A DNA stretch of 58,966 nucleotides, filler included, from Sphacelaria rigidula (lineage: Eukaryota): the NCBI GenBank assembly GCA_964200075.2. It is 9 parts of 9 records of this genome, joined end to end, with 100 filler letters (N's around TTAATTAATTAA, not from the genome) between each part and the next. Parts side by side here need not be neighbours in the genome. Positions count along the whole stretch, not along the records: positions 13,127 to 19,589 come from CAXNAA020019922.1; positions 19,690 to 26,152 come from CAXNAA020019923.1; 7 more parts are not named here. One strand, written 5' to 3'. The notes below the pieces were generated by a model that had not been told where the DNA came from, did not search any database, and saw only the letters and a list, made by a program, of their open reading frames with translations. A program made the translations under genes and the position numbers. Every line of letters starts with the position of its first letter. Positions within the stretch are counted from its first letter, which is position 1. This document shows positions 13,200 through 23,639 of the stretch, piece by piece.

Positions 13200-13990
13200 C
13201 ATCGAAACATGCCAGTTTCGGGTATCATTCGACCCCTTTGGCACCGTTTTCAAATCTGTTTCTCCCGTTAGATTCACGAGCTGAGACCCACTTTTATGGC
13301 AACGAATCCCGATTTTTACAAATATGAGGATTTCAGCCCATCTACAGGTGATTTTCTCCCGTGGATTGATTTTTCGGATCCCGGTCCGTTGGACAATGTT
13401 TTTCGGCTAGTTGTGAGCAAACCAGAGCAATTCTCCGATTATATGGACGTTGACTTTTGGTTTATCACATTTCTGCCCAAACGGGATACTCCCGCAAAAA
13501 ATCGGGGGAGATGCGGGAGTATCCCGTTTTCAGCAGAACGGTGATGTATTGAAAGTCAACGCCCAGAAAATCGGAGAACTGATCTGGTTTGCTCACAGCT
13601 AGCCGAAAAACATGGTCCAACGGACTGGGGTCCGAAAAATCAATCCACGGGAGAAAATCGCCTGTAGATGGGCTGAAATCCTCATATTTGTAAAAATCGG
13701 GGTTCGTTGCCATGATAGTGGGTCTGATGGCGGTTACCACGATTTGAAGCATGTGGAGATTCGGTGAAGATTGGGCTTGGAATTCGTGTTTTCAATTTCA
13801 AAACAATTTTAAGGGCGCTGATTGGTCGAGACACATTTTCATCCGTAGCGCCACCGCTACAGCCTTGGAACAAAAATCCGGCATGTCACCCTCTTCGTCT
13901 GTTCATTGCGGTCGGTATGATGCCGTGTATGCGACTATTGAGTGTGTATTGCGGAAGGCATTTGCTGATGACAGGATTTCGGGTTTTATG
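13200..13990. repeat. Dispersed repeat family B copy, interrupted by a MITE
   Basis: ~13220-13284 plus 13725-13985 align contiguously with ~45942-46245. Confidence 0.85.
13285..13724. mobile_element. 440-bp fold-back MITE with TGA target-site duplication (PIF/Harbinger-like)
   Basis: GACCCAC...GTGGGTC with ~212-bp inverted arms and a ~15-nt loop. TGA at 13282-13284 and 13725-13727. The ORF track shows near-identical peptides on both strands (MATNPDFYKYEDF...). Confidence 0.92.
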
Positions 13991-14166
13991 CGTGAATCAG
14001 TCTGTAGCTTCGTACGAGTTTAGTCACGTATGGGGTATAGCTGAGACCTGAGACTGCAGAAACATGCTGATCTTGTCTGCTCATGATGTGATCGATACTG
14101 TCCATGACGTAAACATATCACGTGACGACCACGCGGTGCATAAAAACAAAAGAAAAGGCACGCCAC

Positions 14167-14430
14167 CTTTCGCTTCTTCTTGTTCGCGGACCCCATCTTC
14201 AACGTTGTTCTGCTGCTTCTGCATCCTTCTCTGTGGCGACATGTTGCAGTTGACCAACCGCTTGACCGCCCCGAGGATGCTGTACTATCGATAGATCTTT
14301 GCTGAGCAGCAACGCGGTCTATCGCCACTATTCCACTTCTCGCTGAACATATTCCTGTCAATTGAAATGACTCAGCCGATCGCACGGTAGCACCAAGTAC
14401 AAGGTACACATGCAACCGGGGGCACTTCAT
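14167..14430 (-). CDS. First coding exon of a probable plastid-targeted protein
   Basis: MKCPRLHVYLVLGATVRSAES-F (signal peptide ending in an ASAFAP-like F), then a Ser/Arg-rich transit-like stretch ending TTLKMGSANKKKRK. Donor AAG|GTGGCG. The rest of the gene was not located. Confidence 0.6.
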
Positions 14431-14772
14431 AGCTCCCTTGCTTGCGAGCTGTGTCGGGCGCTGGCTCCAGGATGGCATCTTGAGAATATGCCATGTTCCA
14501 ATAATGTCGGTGGTACATGTAGTCATGTATGACAGAATCCACGGATCCGAAAGAAACAGCACGCACTCGCGGCTGAAGCCTATTATGGTTGTCGACCAGG
14601 ACGAAACACTACGGCCTGGTGCTGACTTAAGCGTGTATGATCGAAGGTTTAGATTGAACGACCGCGCTTTAACCTTGAGAATGTACATCTGAGCAAGTTA
14701 CTCGTGCACATCGACTCAGAAGTAGCGCCTCCCCTGGCGCGCTATTATACGAACAATCGGCGTTATGGCACC
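14431..14772. promoter_or_regulatory. Candidate bidirectional promoter / 5' UTRs
   Basis: 342 bp between two divergent ATGs (14430 minus, 14773 plus). Positional inference only. Confidence 0.45.
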
Positions 14773-14886
14773 ATGTCGAACAGGACAGCACCGGGTTGGG
14801 ATGGCTGGGTGCTGTACACGTCAGAAGAAGGTTACAAGTACCACTGGAACCATCTGACCCATGAGTCTAGATGGGCTACGGAGGAG
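14773..14886 (+). CDS. WW-domain protein, exon 1 (WW domain)
   Basis: GCACCATG start; MSNRTAPGWDGWVLYTSEEGYKYHWNHLTHESRWATEE fits the WW consensus W-x-YY/HWN-x-T-x-S-x-W. Donor GAG|GTACCT, phase 0. Confidence 0.85.
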
Positions 14887-15208
14887 GTACCTACCCAAAA
14901 CCGCTCAGTAGAGTTATGCCTTCGCGTTGAAGATATGATGCGGGATACTACATGAGATGTCGGGAGAACCTGGTCCACTTGTCCATGCATGCTTCGCATG
15001 TACACCAGTGAACGCTGAGTGCGGATGTACACCTCGGTAACGATGGTGGTAGCACAACCCACGAGAGTATGAGCCTTTCAGGCCGTGAAATCGCATTCGA
15101 CCAGGAAACCAAACGCCAGTAACACTCCCCTGCTTGGCATATATATACACGTGGCACGGGCACGTAGTCTCCCTCCTCCTCCTGCCCCTCCTCCTCCTTT
15201 TCCTCCTC

Positions 15209-15243
<35 letters not shown>

Positions 15244-15289
15244 CTGACTCTCTCTCTATCTCCAATTCTCCTCATTCGGGTGCACGCAG

Positions 15290-15562
15290 GAATCTTTCGA
15301 TCATGGCTACATCCACGAGAGACAGAGAACTATACACTCCCCGCGATGCCGTGGCTATATTGCTGGAGATACAGCTTCCGGAATCGGTGCGGGGGTGGAC
15401 ATGGAACAAGGGCAGGACAGTGACAAGGACGATGACGCTATCTCCAGTAACGCTTTCGAGAAACAAACTAGAGGAGGCTCGCCCGTGACACCCTATGCCG
15501 GGATCGGCCCGATGACGACATTGGCCGTTGGATGTTTCCAGCGAAGGAGCACTGGTGACCAA
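15290..15562 (+). CDS. WW-domain protein, exon 2
   Basis: (CT)n pyrimidine tract then GCAG acceptor; 91 open codons; donor CAA|GTGAGT; phase 0-0. Confidence 0.75.
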
Positions 15563-15576
15563 GTGAGTTCTTTCAT

Positions 15577-15824
15577 GACACTTTCTACGATAGACCCCCC
15601 CAAAACCAGCCCAAAAGTGTCACGAAAACAATGGCCATACAGCGCCTGATGTTTGGGGTCAGGCTGCATGAAGTGCTTCATAGTGGCGACATTGGCTAAA
15701 ACGAACCCAAGCGTGGGAATTCCTAGCTGCTCGTTGTGCTCGACTTTTCCCATTTCGATTTACGTGAAAATTTTGCCTCCAAAAACCATGCACCTTTTTT
15801 GAGGGGGCTATCGTCGAAAGTGTC
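15577..15824. mobile_element. 248-bp intronic MITE with 4-bp TCAT TSD
   Basis: TIR GACACTTTCTACGATAGACCCCCC / GGGGGCTATCGTCGAAAGTGTC. TCAT at 15573-15576 and 15825-15828. Confidence 0.85.
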
Positions 15825-16399
15825 TCATCTGTTTGCGGGCACGAATACTAAATGCGTGGACCCCAACTCTATCGCATGGGCCTATAGGCCTTCGGACCAC
15901 TGAAGGCTCCATAGTCCACCCGTCTACGACTGAGGATTGATTGCCAATCTGATTGAAGCAATTCGAAAGAAAATGAAGACACTGCTATATCTTTGTACGT
16001 CTAGCCCCCGCCGGATCGCCCGATTAAACTATTTGGCTTCGGATCGGCTGCTTTCAAGCGGCACAACAGAGTCATCCTGCCATAGAAGAGGGGAGGGGGG
16101 TTTTCAGCATCGTCCCACCCCGCCTAGTATCTTCGTGTATTGCCCGGGTTGAGGGTCGCGCGTTTTCTGGAGATCAAGTAAATTTGAGCGGAAACGCCAT
16201 ATTCCTGGCCTATTTTTAACCCTTTCGGAACTCACTGACGATTCTTGTTTCTGTGAATCAGCATCATTTTCAGTCATTTTCAATTCAAAATGATGCCGAT
16301 TCACAAAAACAAGAATCGTCATTAGGTTCCCAAAGGGTCAAGGCGATTTCGTGCCCCCTCTATTGTCGAACGACTCAACAAGCCAACTCATCTGAACAG

Positions 16400-16420
16400 G
16401 TGGATGTTGAGCGTTGGTAT
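16400..16420 (+). CDS. WW-domain protein, 21-nt microexon (VDVERWY)
   Basis: ACAG|GTGGATGTTGAGCGTTGGTAT|GTAAGT, consensus splice sites, phase 0-0. Confidence 0.55.
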
Positions 16421-17367
16421 GTAAGTTAGTGCAAGATGACCCCTGGCCTTTTGTCCCGGCAACGCCACGTGGGTGTACGTTTTGTCATGCCGAGTGGGCG
16501 GTGCATGCCGTCATGCGCAAGCAATCGGTGCGCGCTGCTTACGACTAATGCTGCGTTGTACTTTAATCGCAGACTCTCTGTCTGGTCTTAGCGTTCTTGA
16601 TACATTCAGGACACTGCTGGCACACCTCCTGCATGTTCTGGCGTTACGCTGTATGTCACATCATCCCTACCGTACTCTGCGGCACTGCTTCTTTACCGTA
16701 CAAGTGAAGGTGGGACGTTTTCATCAGCGGCTAGACAAAATACAAGAGCAGTACAACAGGGGTACAGTGCCCCTTGCTCTTCAGTGCACACTGTACAATC
16801 AATGCTGGTTCTCTCTCTACTCAGTGTTATACAACAGCAGTGCGCAGCTATTGAAAACACAAGTGGGGGTGGGGAGATGGTGGAGACTGCAGAGCAAAAA
16901 ACAAATTGTATGTGTTATGTGCTTATAGTCAATGATTGAACGGTGAAATGCAGCTTCATCTCGAGGTGGGAGATGCTGGGCGATTTGTAGGGGAACTAAA
17001 TGGATCATATCACCAATCAAAATTATCAAAATGGCCACCCAACCCCTCTTCAGGCCTGTTCTCTGGCCTAAATATTCTCTGGAGAGACGAATGGTTGATC
17101 TGGGAAGTGTTCCCTGACGATCGGAGAACCTGCACCCTCCCCAGTCAAAAGCATCGAAAACCCCGGGCTTATGTTCCGAAGTTATGCTGGAGGTTAAAGG
17201 GGTTGATAATTACAAGGAGATATCTCGGGAGAATTGTCATGAAGTTGACCTTTTTCCGCATCGTAAACGAGTGCCTGGGTTATACATGCAATTGCTTTCA
17301 GCCGACTACGTTATGCTGGAGAAGTCTACCTCACACGATAACCATCGGTATTTGTCGGTTGCTCCAG

Positions 17368-18066
17368 AACCAACCAGGCGTGGACGGCTTCAAGTCTCGC
17401 TTGACAAGTGCACTAAGGACGGCGCTGGCAGCAGTAGAGTACCCCCTCCGCGAAGAGGTTGTTGGTACGGGTGACATCGTCGGCGAACGGGATCCCGAAC
17501 TTGGTTATCGGTCCCGTTCTAGCAGTCGAATCTCAACATCAAGTGAAGAGGAGGAACACGGCAGTTCCAGCACCAGTACGAGCGATATCAGCAATACCGG
17601 AAAGGACAGCGACAGTACCAGCAGTAGTAACAAAGATCGCACTTGGAGGGAACAAGCATGCACGAGTAGAAGACACAACAATGCTCGACAACACCGTGCT
17701 CGGACTATCAGTCAACAACGTGACGAGAAGCGTGCGGAGGAGTCGTTACTTTACAGGCACGGATTCGGCGGAGAATCATGGAGGAACACATCTCGGGATC
17801 GTGCCCGCGAAAACAAAAACAGGAAGTCTCGTGGAAATCGGCAAGAAAATAGAAAATGTGGGCGTGATAAGAAAAGGCTGACACAGCGCGTGTGCAACGA
17901 GAAAAGGGCGACCTCTGATGATGCTGCCGGAGCACTGGCTCTTGTGCGATTGACGGGGGCTGGGCGGAACGTCGTTTCCAGCGTTTTGAAAATTGCAGCA
18001 AATGCATTCACCAGTGGGTGGACGGGGATGACGACCACAGCACTGAAAACTGCACGAACGTGCCAG
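17368..18066 (+). CDS. WW-domain protein, long low-complexity exon
   Basis: CTCCAG acceptor; part of the 431-aa ORF (Ser-rich, then Arg/Lys-rich). Donor CAG|GTGAAG, phase 0; the 3' boundary is uncertain. Confidence 0.7.
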
Positions 18067-18496
18067 GTGAAGATACAAAGGGGACCAGTTCTTGTTGCGA
18101 AGCACGATCCACTGAAAAAAAAGTGCGTTTCCCGTCCACAAAACTGGTCTCCACTGATACAGGAGCGGGCGACTGGTGCATGCAGGGGAACATTGCACGT
18201 GTGCATCCTTTGTCTCTTGGCAATGGCGTAGAAGAAGTCAATTCAGCGCGTTTGGAGTAGTCCACCATTGAGAAAACTAGCCGTTTCATGGTTTTATCAT
18301 GCAGAATAGTTTCCCTACGCTGTAGTTATGTTGTTATTTTATCGAAACAACAAGAATCAAAGTGCCACATGGAGCATCTGCATGACGCGCGGCCGTGGCA
18401 TACAAACGCCCAGTGCTCATCATTGATCGAAATCCAATGTAAACCTTACTCAGTTCTTCCTTCTGGGGCTTAATGCGTTCCTGTGATCGTACGTAG

Positions 18497-18937
18497 GCGC
18501 GCCTTGTTCTGGACAACGACGTATTGCCAACTACGGTCGCGGTGAAACCGGGCGCTACAGACCGTCAACCGGGATCGCCGGACGGCAAATTCGGTCTACA
18601 TACCCAGGAAAACGACGCAGAGATGATCCGACCCCCACTGCAGTCTTTCTACATCGACTGTGAAACTGTGGACACGAAATCCCTGCTCGCTTCGAGGTGG
18701 ACAGGAGAAAGTTTGGAAGAATGTGCGATAGGAAAAGTATACGCCAACAAACGTATGGTGAAAGGGGTGCCCCACGAAGACGTAGAGGGAGAGCCGGGCT
18801 CCTGGGTGGGCGACAGAAGAAGCGGAGTAGAGGAAAGCAAGGGTGGATACACGCCCCTCAATTCGCAAACTCCCGAGTCGAAGTCGAGCAATGTAGCTGG
18901 GGTTATTCAGTCTTCATGCCTTCACTGCCGCGCCTGA
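18497..18937 (+). CDS. WW-domain protein, probable terminal exon
   Basis: CGTAG acceptor in phase 0; open frame ARLVLDNDVLPTTV... to TGA. The spliced model totals ~515 aa. Confidence 0.5.
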   Translation, partial: ARLVLDNDVLPTTVAVKPGATDRQPGSPDGKFGLHTQENDAEMIRPPLQSFYIDCETVDTKSLLASRWTGESLEECAIGKVYANKRMVKGVPHEDVEGEPGSWVGDRRSGVEESKGGYTPLNSQTPESKSSNVAGVIQSSCLHCRA

Positions 18938-19955
18938 TCTTGGCGCTAGTTGCAATACCAGGTATACTTGACTGACTGCGGAACACGCGGCGAGTGGCTG
19001 CGCCAAAAAGTGCAACGGCAATGACACAGGGATGAGCATGGTGCAAGTACTTCTTGTCGATATCGATTCAAGTTTTTCTTCCCCTGTGCATGATTCATCG
19101 ACCAAATACCAGTGGCTACGTGGACAGGTTGACCTTCACATCTCTTGAAATTTTGCACGTCTCCACTCTTGCAATGCTCGTGCGGGAAGCTGAGAGTACG
19201 CGGGCCTGTCCCACCTGCTGGTCAAGTTGAAGGTTTCTCGCTCACACTGATCCGCACTCACCGCTACCAATTTTATCCACCCCGTCAGACACCGTATGAA
19301 ATTGCAGCTACAGAATATCCAGATAACCTGCAAGTACTAGTCGACTCGTTTTGCAGCGAATTTTTTACTCACCTGATTATCATGTAAGGTACCTTGCATC
19401 TTCTGTGCATTCCATCGTTCAGGGATAAAGCTTGATAGTGTTGTTTCGGACGAATTTCACGGATTAATACGAATAAGACGATTCTGGTGTTCACGATATC
19501 ACACTTGTTCAACCCTACGTGTATTGCTGTTATTGTTTTTTTTAGGATCATGTACAAGGTTGGATTTTTATTTTTTTGATATTTAGCTANNNNNNNNNNN
19601 NNNNNNNNNNNNNNNNNNNNNNNNNNNNNNNNNTTAATTAATTAANNNNNNNNNNNNNNNNNNNNNNNNNNNNNNNNNNNNNNNNNNNNTGTGGTGGGTT
19701 TGTATGATCCAGCCCCCCTCCCGTTTTTTGGTCTTATTGGTTGCAAAAGCCCCCCCCCCCCCCCCCCCCTGAGGTGCAAATTCAAAGAGTGAAATATCGT
19801 GTGGAGAGTACGCTCTTGATGTTCCTGTGGTTTCGCGATGATGATCCCCTAGACAATATCCGCGACAGTCATTCCCAATGACCGTCGGTTTGATAGCTGT
19901 CTTGTCCCCGAGAAGAGACTGACTCTCTCTCTCTATTAATGGGAACATCAACCAG

Positions 19956-20047
19956 TCAGATGTGCCTTCCACACTACTACAGTATATCCACGAACCCAGA
20001 CTGTACAAGTCGAGCACCGACGCAGCGCTCACAGCAGCCGATCTTCC
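19956..20047 (+). CDS. Unknown protein, penultimate exon
   Basis: ACCAG|SDVPSTLLQYIHEPRLYKSSTDAALTAADL-CC|GTAGGA. Phase 2 matches the next exon. Confidence 0.55.
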
Positions 20048-20372
20048 GTAGGAGCATAGCGTGCTCGCTCGTGCCTTTCTTTTTGCTTCATTATTTTATC
20101 TCGTGACGTAGGTGTCCAGGATCGCGTCGTATATTGTGTGCAACTTCCACGTAATGTCGAACGGTGTATAGTCACATGAAACTGCCTGTAATTACTCTTG
20201 GGTAGAGTTTGCGTTTTGCGTGCATGATCGGCCTGTCGAGCCTGTGCACTCTTCCAACTTCGGCTCTCTTTATTAATTTCTGATTTCTCGTCCCCGCTAC
20301 TCTCCATGTTGAATTTGCACGCCCTCTCTTTCCATAAAACAAATGCCTACTTTGATACTGGAAATGCTCCAG

Positions 20373-20610
20373 TGATGAGCCGTTGAAGCTCTACCAACCT
20401 GGGGATGAACCCCAAGGTTCTCACAAGCAAATGGTGGGCTTCGGCGCTGGAGCCGGCGCCGCCGCCGCTGCGGCTGCTGGCAGTAGTGCGGGTGGTGGGA
20501 TGGACGGCTCCCGCAACACGGCGAGCTCGGGGGCCGGGAGCGGCGGTGGTTGGGGAGGGGGTGCTTCAGAGGGTAGTGGGATCGGTGAGGAAAAGACGGG
20601 TTGGTCGTAG
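20373..20610 (+). CDS. Unknown protein, terminal Gly/Ala-rich exon
   Basis: CTCCAG acceptor; (P)DEPLKLYQPGDEPQG...GAGAAAAAAAG...EEKTGWS*; GC-rich, coding-like composition. Confidence 0.65.
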
Positions 20611-22604
20611 TACATCGATCATATTGGGCGGTGTACGTGGAGGTTGTGTGTGTGTGTATTTGGTAGTGCATCGTCTCTATGTACACGTGTGGGCACCTGG
20701 TGGTGCGGTATTGCGTATTTACTTATGTTCACTTTTGGAGCAGCGGTGTGAACAGCAGACGCTCTCGCGCGATTTTCCTTGCTTTGTTTCGTTGCGCTAG
20801 CGTTGCATTACATGTCGGATCGCCTGTGCGTATGGTTTCTCATGGTGCTTGTTGCTCGTCCGCTCACAGAGGACCTTCTGGGATCCGGGTGGAGGGAGGA
20901 GCCGAACCCCACGCCTCCTTCTCGGCCACACAGTCAATCACCGCCAAGCTCACAGCCTTCATACTCTACTGCGCTTCCTCAGGTGTGCAATGCGACAGGC
21001 AACATCGTCTCGTCGCTTACGAACGTCGTAGGTCTGGTCCCTCGTGTACGTATTGAAGCACAGGGTTTTTCGTGGGTCAAGTAATACGTGACTGATGCGC
21101 TCTATCCTAGCAGCGACCGCGGTTGGCCGTGCCGTATAGGTTCACGTGAGACGAATCGAGTGAGAACGACTTTCATAGGGCTCACGGGTGTGATTTTGAA
21201 CGTAGATCGAGATCCTTCACGTGAGAATTTTTAACAACATCTGCACGGGCCACGGCCACTGTATGGGTCGACAAATTTGTATGGTTGATTTTGTACATGG
21301 AGGATTAGTTTCTCGAAGGTGGGGTATTTGCTCAGTGCATATCAAAGAACGGCCGAAGAACAGAGACCAGACATTCATCACAGTGCCGCACCACGGTGCC
21401 TCACTGTATTGTGGTGCAGTACACTGGAGTGCAGTGCTGTAAGCAAAGTGCGAGTGCAGTACGAGTTCAGTGCCGCACATAACCCTGTGAGTGCAGTACC
21501 GCACGGTGGTTCCGCGCGGCACCGAGCACATAATAGTATGTTACGTTACATATCCATAGTCATTTCCAGAGAGTATGGCATCACTAGTTTGATTCATCGT
21601 CGAATTCCGCGGAAGTCATGGAATCACCTGCTCAACGAAGCAGCTGCAAGCCCGGGCACGGTCTGAGCTCTCACGAGACTGTTCGCTGCTTCGGTGTCAG
21701 ATATATCAAACGCCTCCTGCCATACCATCGTACGTCACCGTCTGTCCGTTAGTGTGTGCAGATTGGGGGGGGGGGGGGGATTACGCCTCCCCCCCCCCAA
21801 TCTGCGCGCATGTAAAGGAAAACTCGGCGAAATTTTCGTTCGTTCCACTCTGCACTCTCTCAATCCAGGCTGGGTTGAGATTTAAAAATAGAGACCAGAA
21901 CCTGGCGGCTTTGAATCTGCGTGCAAATTCATATTCGTGGGCGCCATGAATGTTCATCTAGCAAGTCTGTCGACCAATCGTTACCCGTGCCCGTATTGTT
22001 TGTAGAGTAGTAGCGGGCAGTGGTGTTGATGTTTGCGTAGTAGTGAGGCCTCAGCTGGGCGCGGTGTGTACTTCACCCTGCAAGGTGATCGGTCAGATTG
22101 TTTGGCGTGTGTATCTTCGTGTGCTTCCTCAGGATGCTTGCGTGTTGTTGTGGTGGTGGCGTTCGTGCAGGGTGCGGTTAATATTGGCCAGTAGGCGAGA
22201 AAATCTAGGTTCAAATAATCTCCGTGGCACCCATGATCCAGCAGGACGCTTTTTTATTCATCCGCGGGGAGTTCGGAATAGATGTTCCGGCTGAAGAGAC
22301 AAGCCCTCTCTGTTAATAAGTGGGGCCGGGGCTCGCTAGGTCATCGCGACGCACATAGCTCGTGCCCTATCCTGTTGATCTTTGCACCACCAGTAGCTGC
22401 TCCGCTATCGCGTATGCACTTGCTGTTGTAGGCACAGTGGCAACGCGAGCAGGATACGAAGGGGTACAGAGCGCAACTGTCCTGCTCGCTGTAACCGTTG
22501 CACAACACAAGATAGACGGCAACAGAACCCACCTTGGCTGTTCAACCATGTTAGCATGCTGCGATGCTAAAAAATATTGGCCGAAAAATGATATACGTGA
22601 AAAA

Positions 22605-23129
22605 GTCATCCTACGATAATGGGGCGGGGTATTTCGGGCCACTTCTTGCACGAAATTCCAAGTCAAATCGCCCTCGAAAGGAGCAACGATTGCTCGAACG
22701 AGCTTGTTTCAGATATATAGCGCTCATTCACACCGATCGACACCGTTTTGAACCGAATACAAGCTCACCACGAGTGTGGCAGGTCGTCTGACACACTTTT
22801 GAGCTTCTTTTTTCGTTCAATGAAATACCCCCCCATGGTGAGACATCCATGAGGCAGTGTGAAAGCTGTGGCTGTCTCAAGAAGTGGCGGTACCAGAAAA
22901 TAAAGCAACTCATTGTAGGCTGTCATCCGAAGTCAAGATAGTCAGTAGGCTTTGGGCCCAACAATCTTAGCAGGATGCAGCTCATCCTGCATGCGGCTCG
23001 CCGAACACACCATGGCAGTTCGCGCTTGGTGATTGAGTGCTTCGTCCCGGCTTTGCAGGGATTCGAGGTCAATGATCTGATGACTATGGCATGCATGATC
23101 ATGAGTACACCCCCCTATCGCAGGATGAC
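22605..23129. mobile_element. TIR element family A, copy with both ends (internally deleted MITE, ~525 bp)
   Basis: GTCATCCTACGATA...TATCGCAGGATGAC. Left half matches 1-273, right half matches ~51873-52178 and ~58432-58728. No TSD evident. Confidence 0.88.
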
Positions 23130-23639
23130 TCGAAACTTGTTTCAGCGCCCGACCGTCATGCTACGGTGTCTCTCGCCCACAACATCGCCGTCTCCCACCA
23201 GACTGTCACGACTTGCAGCAGGCCGCGTGCTCTGAAACGGTTGAAGTGGCCTGTCGCAAGCCCATTCATTCTTATTTTCATGTACCTTTCATTGCCAAAT
23301 CTTTCGTTTTCGTTTCTTTCAATAGGCTCCGGCAACAGTGGGCGCTCCCGTGGCACATAAAAAGGGGCTGTCGGAGACATCTACTGGGGGCGACGAGGAC
23401 GACTTTTTCGGCAGCTTCGGCGTGAAGTAAAAAACTGCCGAGTAAATGTTGCGAATATATACATATTTATATGTATTGTTTCTTGTTATAGTATATGCCG
23501 TGTGTCGTCTGGGATTGCTTCTCGTAATGAACCCCTCTCCCTTTCCCCTCTTGTGTACCGTAGTTTTTTGCCCGCGTGATCTTGTTTGATTTGCTTTTGT
23601 ATTGGATCGCTTAGGAGTGAGGAAGGACAATATCGCCCA

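Noticed and set aside
13296..13752. Two similar convergent ORFs (MATNPDFYKY...) as duplicated genes
   Set aside because: They are a by-product of the fold-back MITE arms.
16936..17367. 5' part of the 431-aa ORF as coding
   Set aside because: It lies upstream of a good CTCCAG acceptor and reads as intron; coding-like composition begins at 17368.
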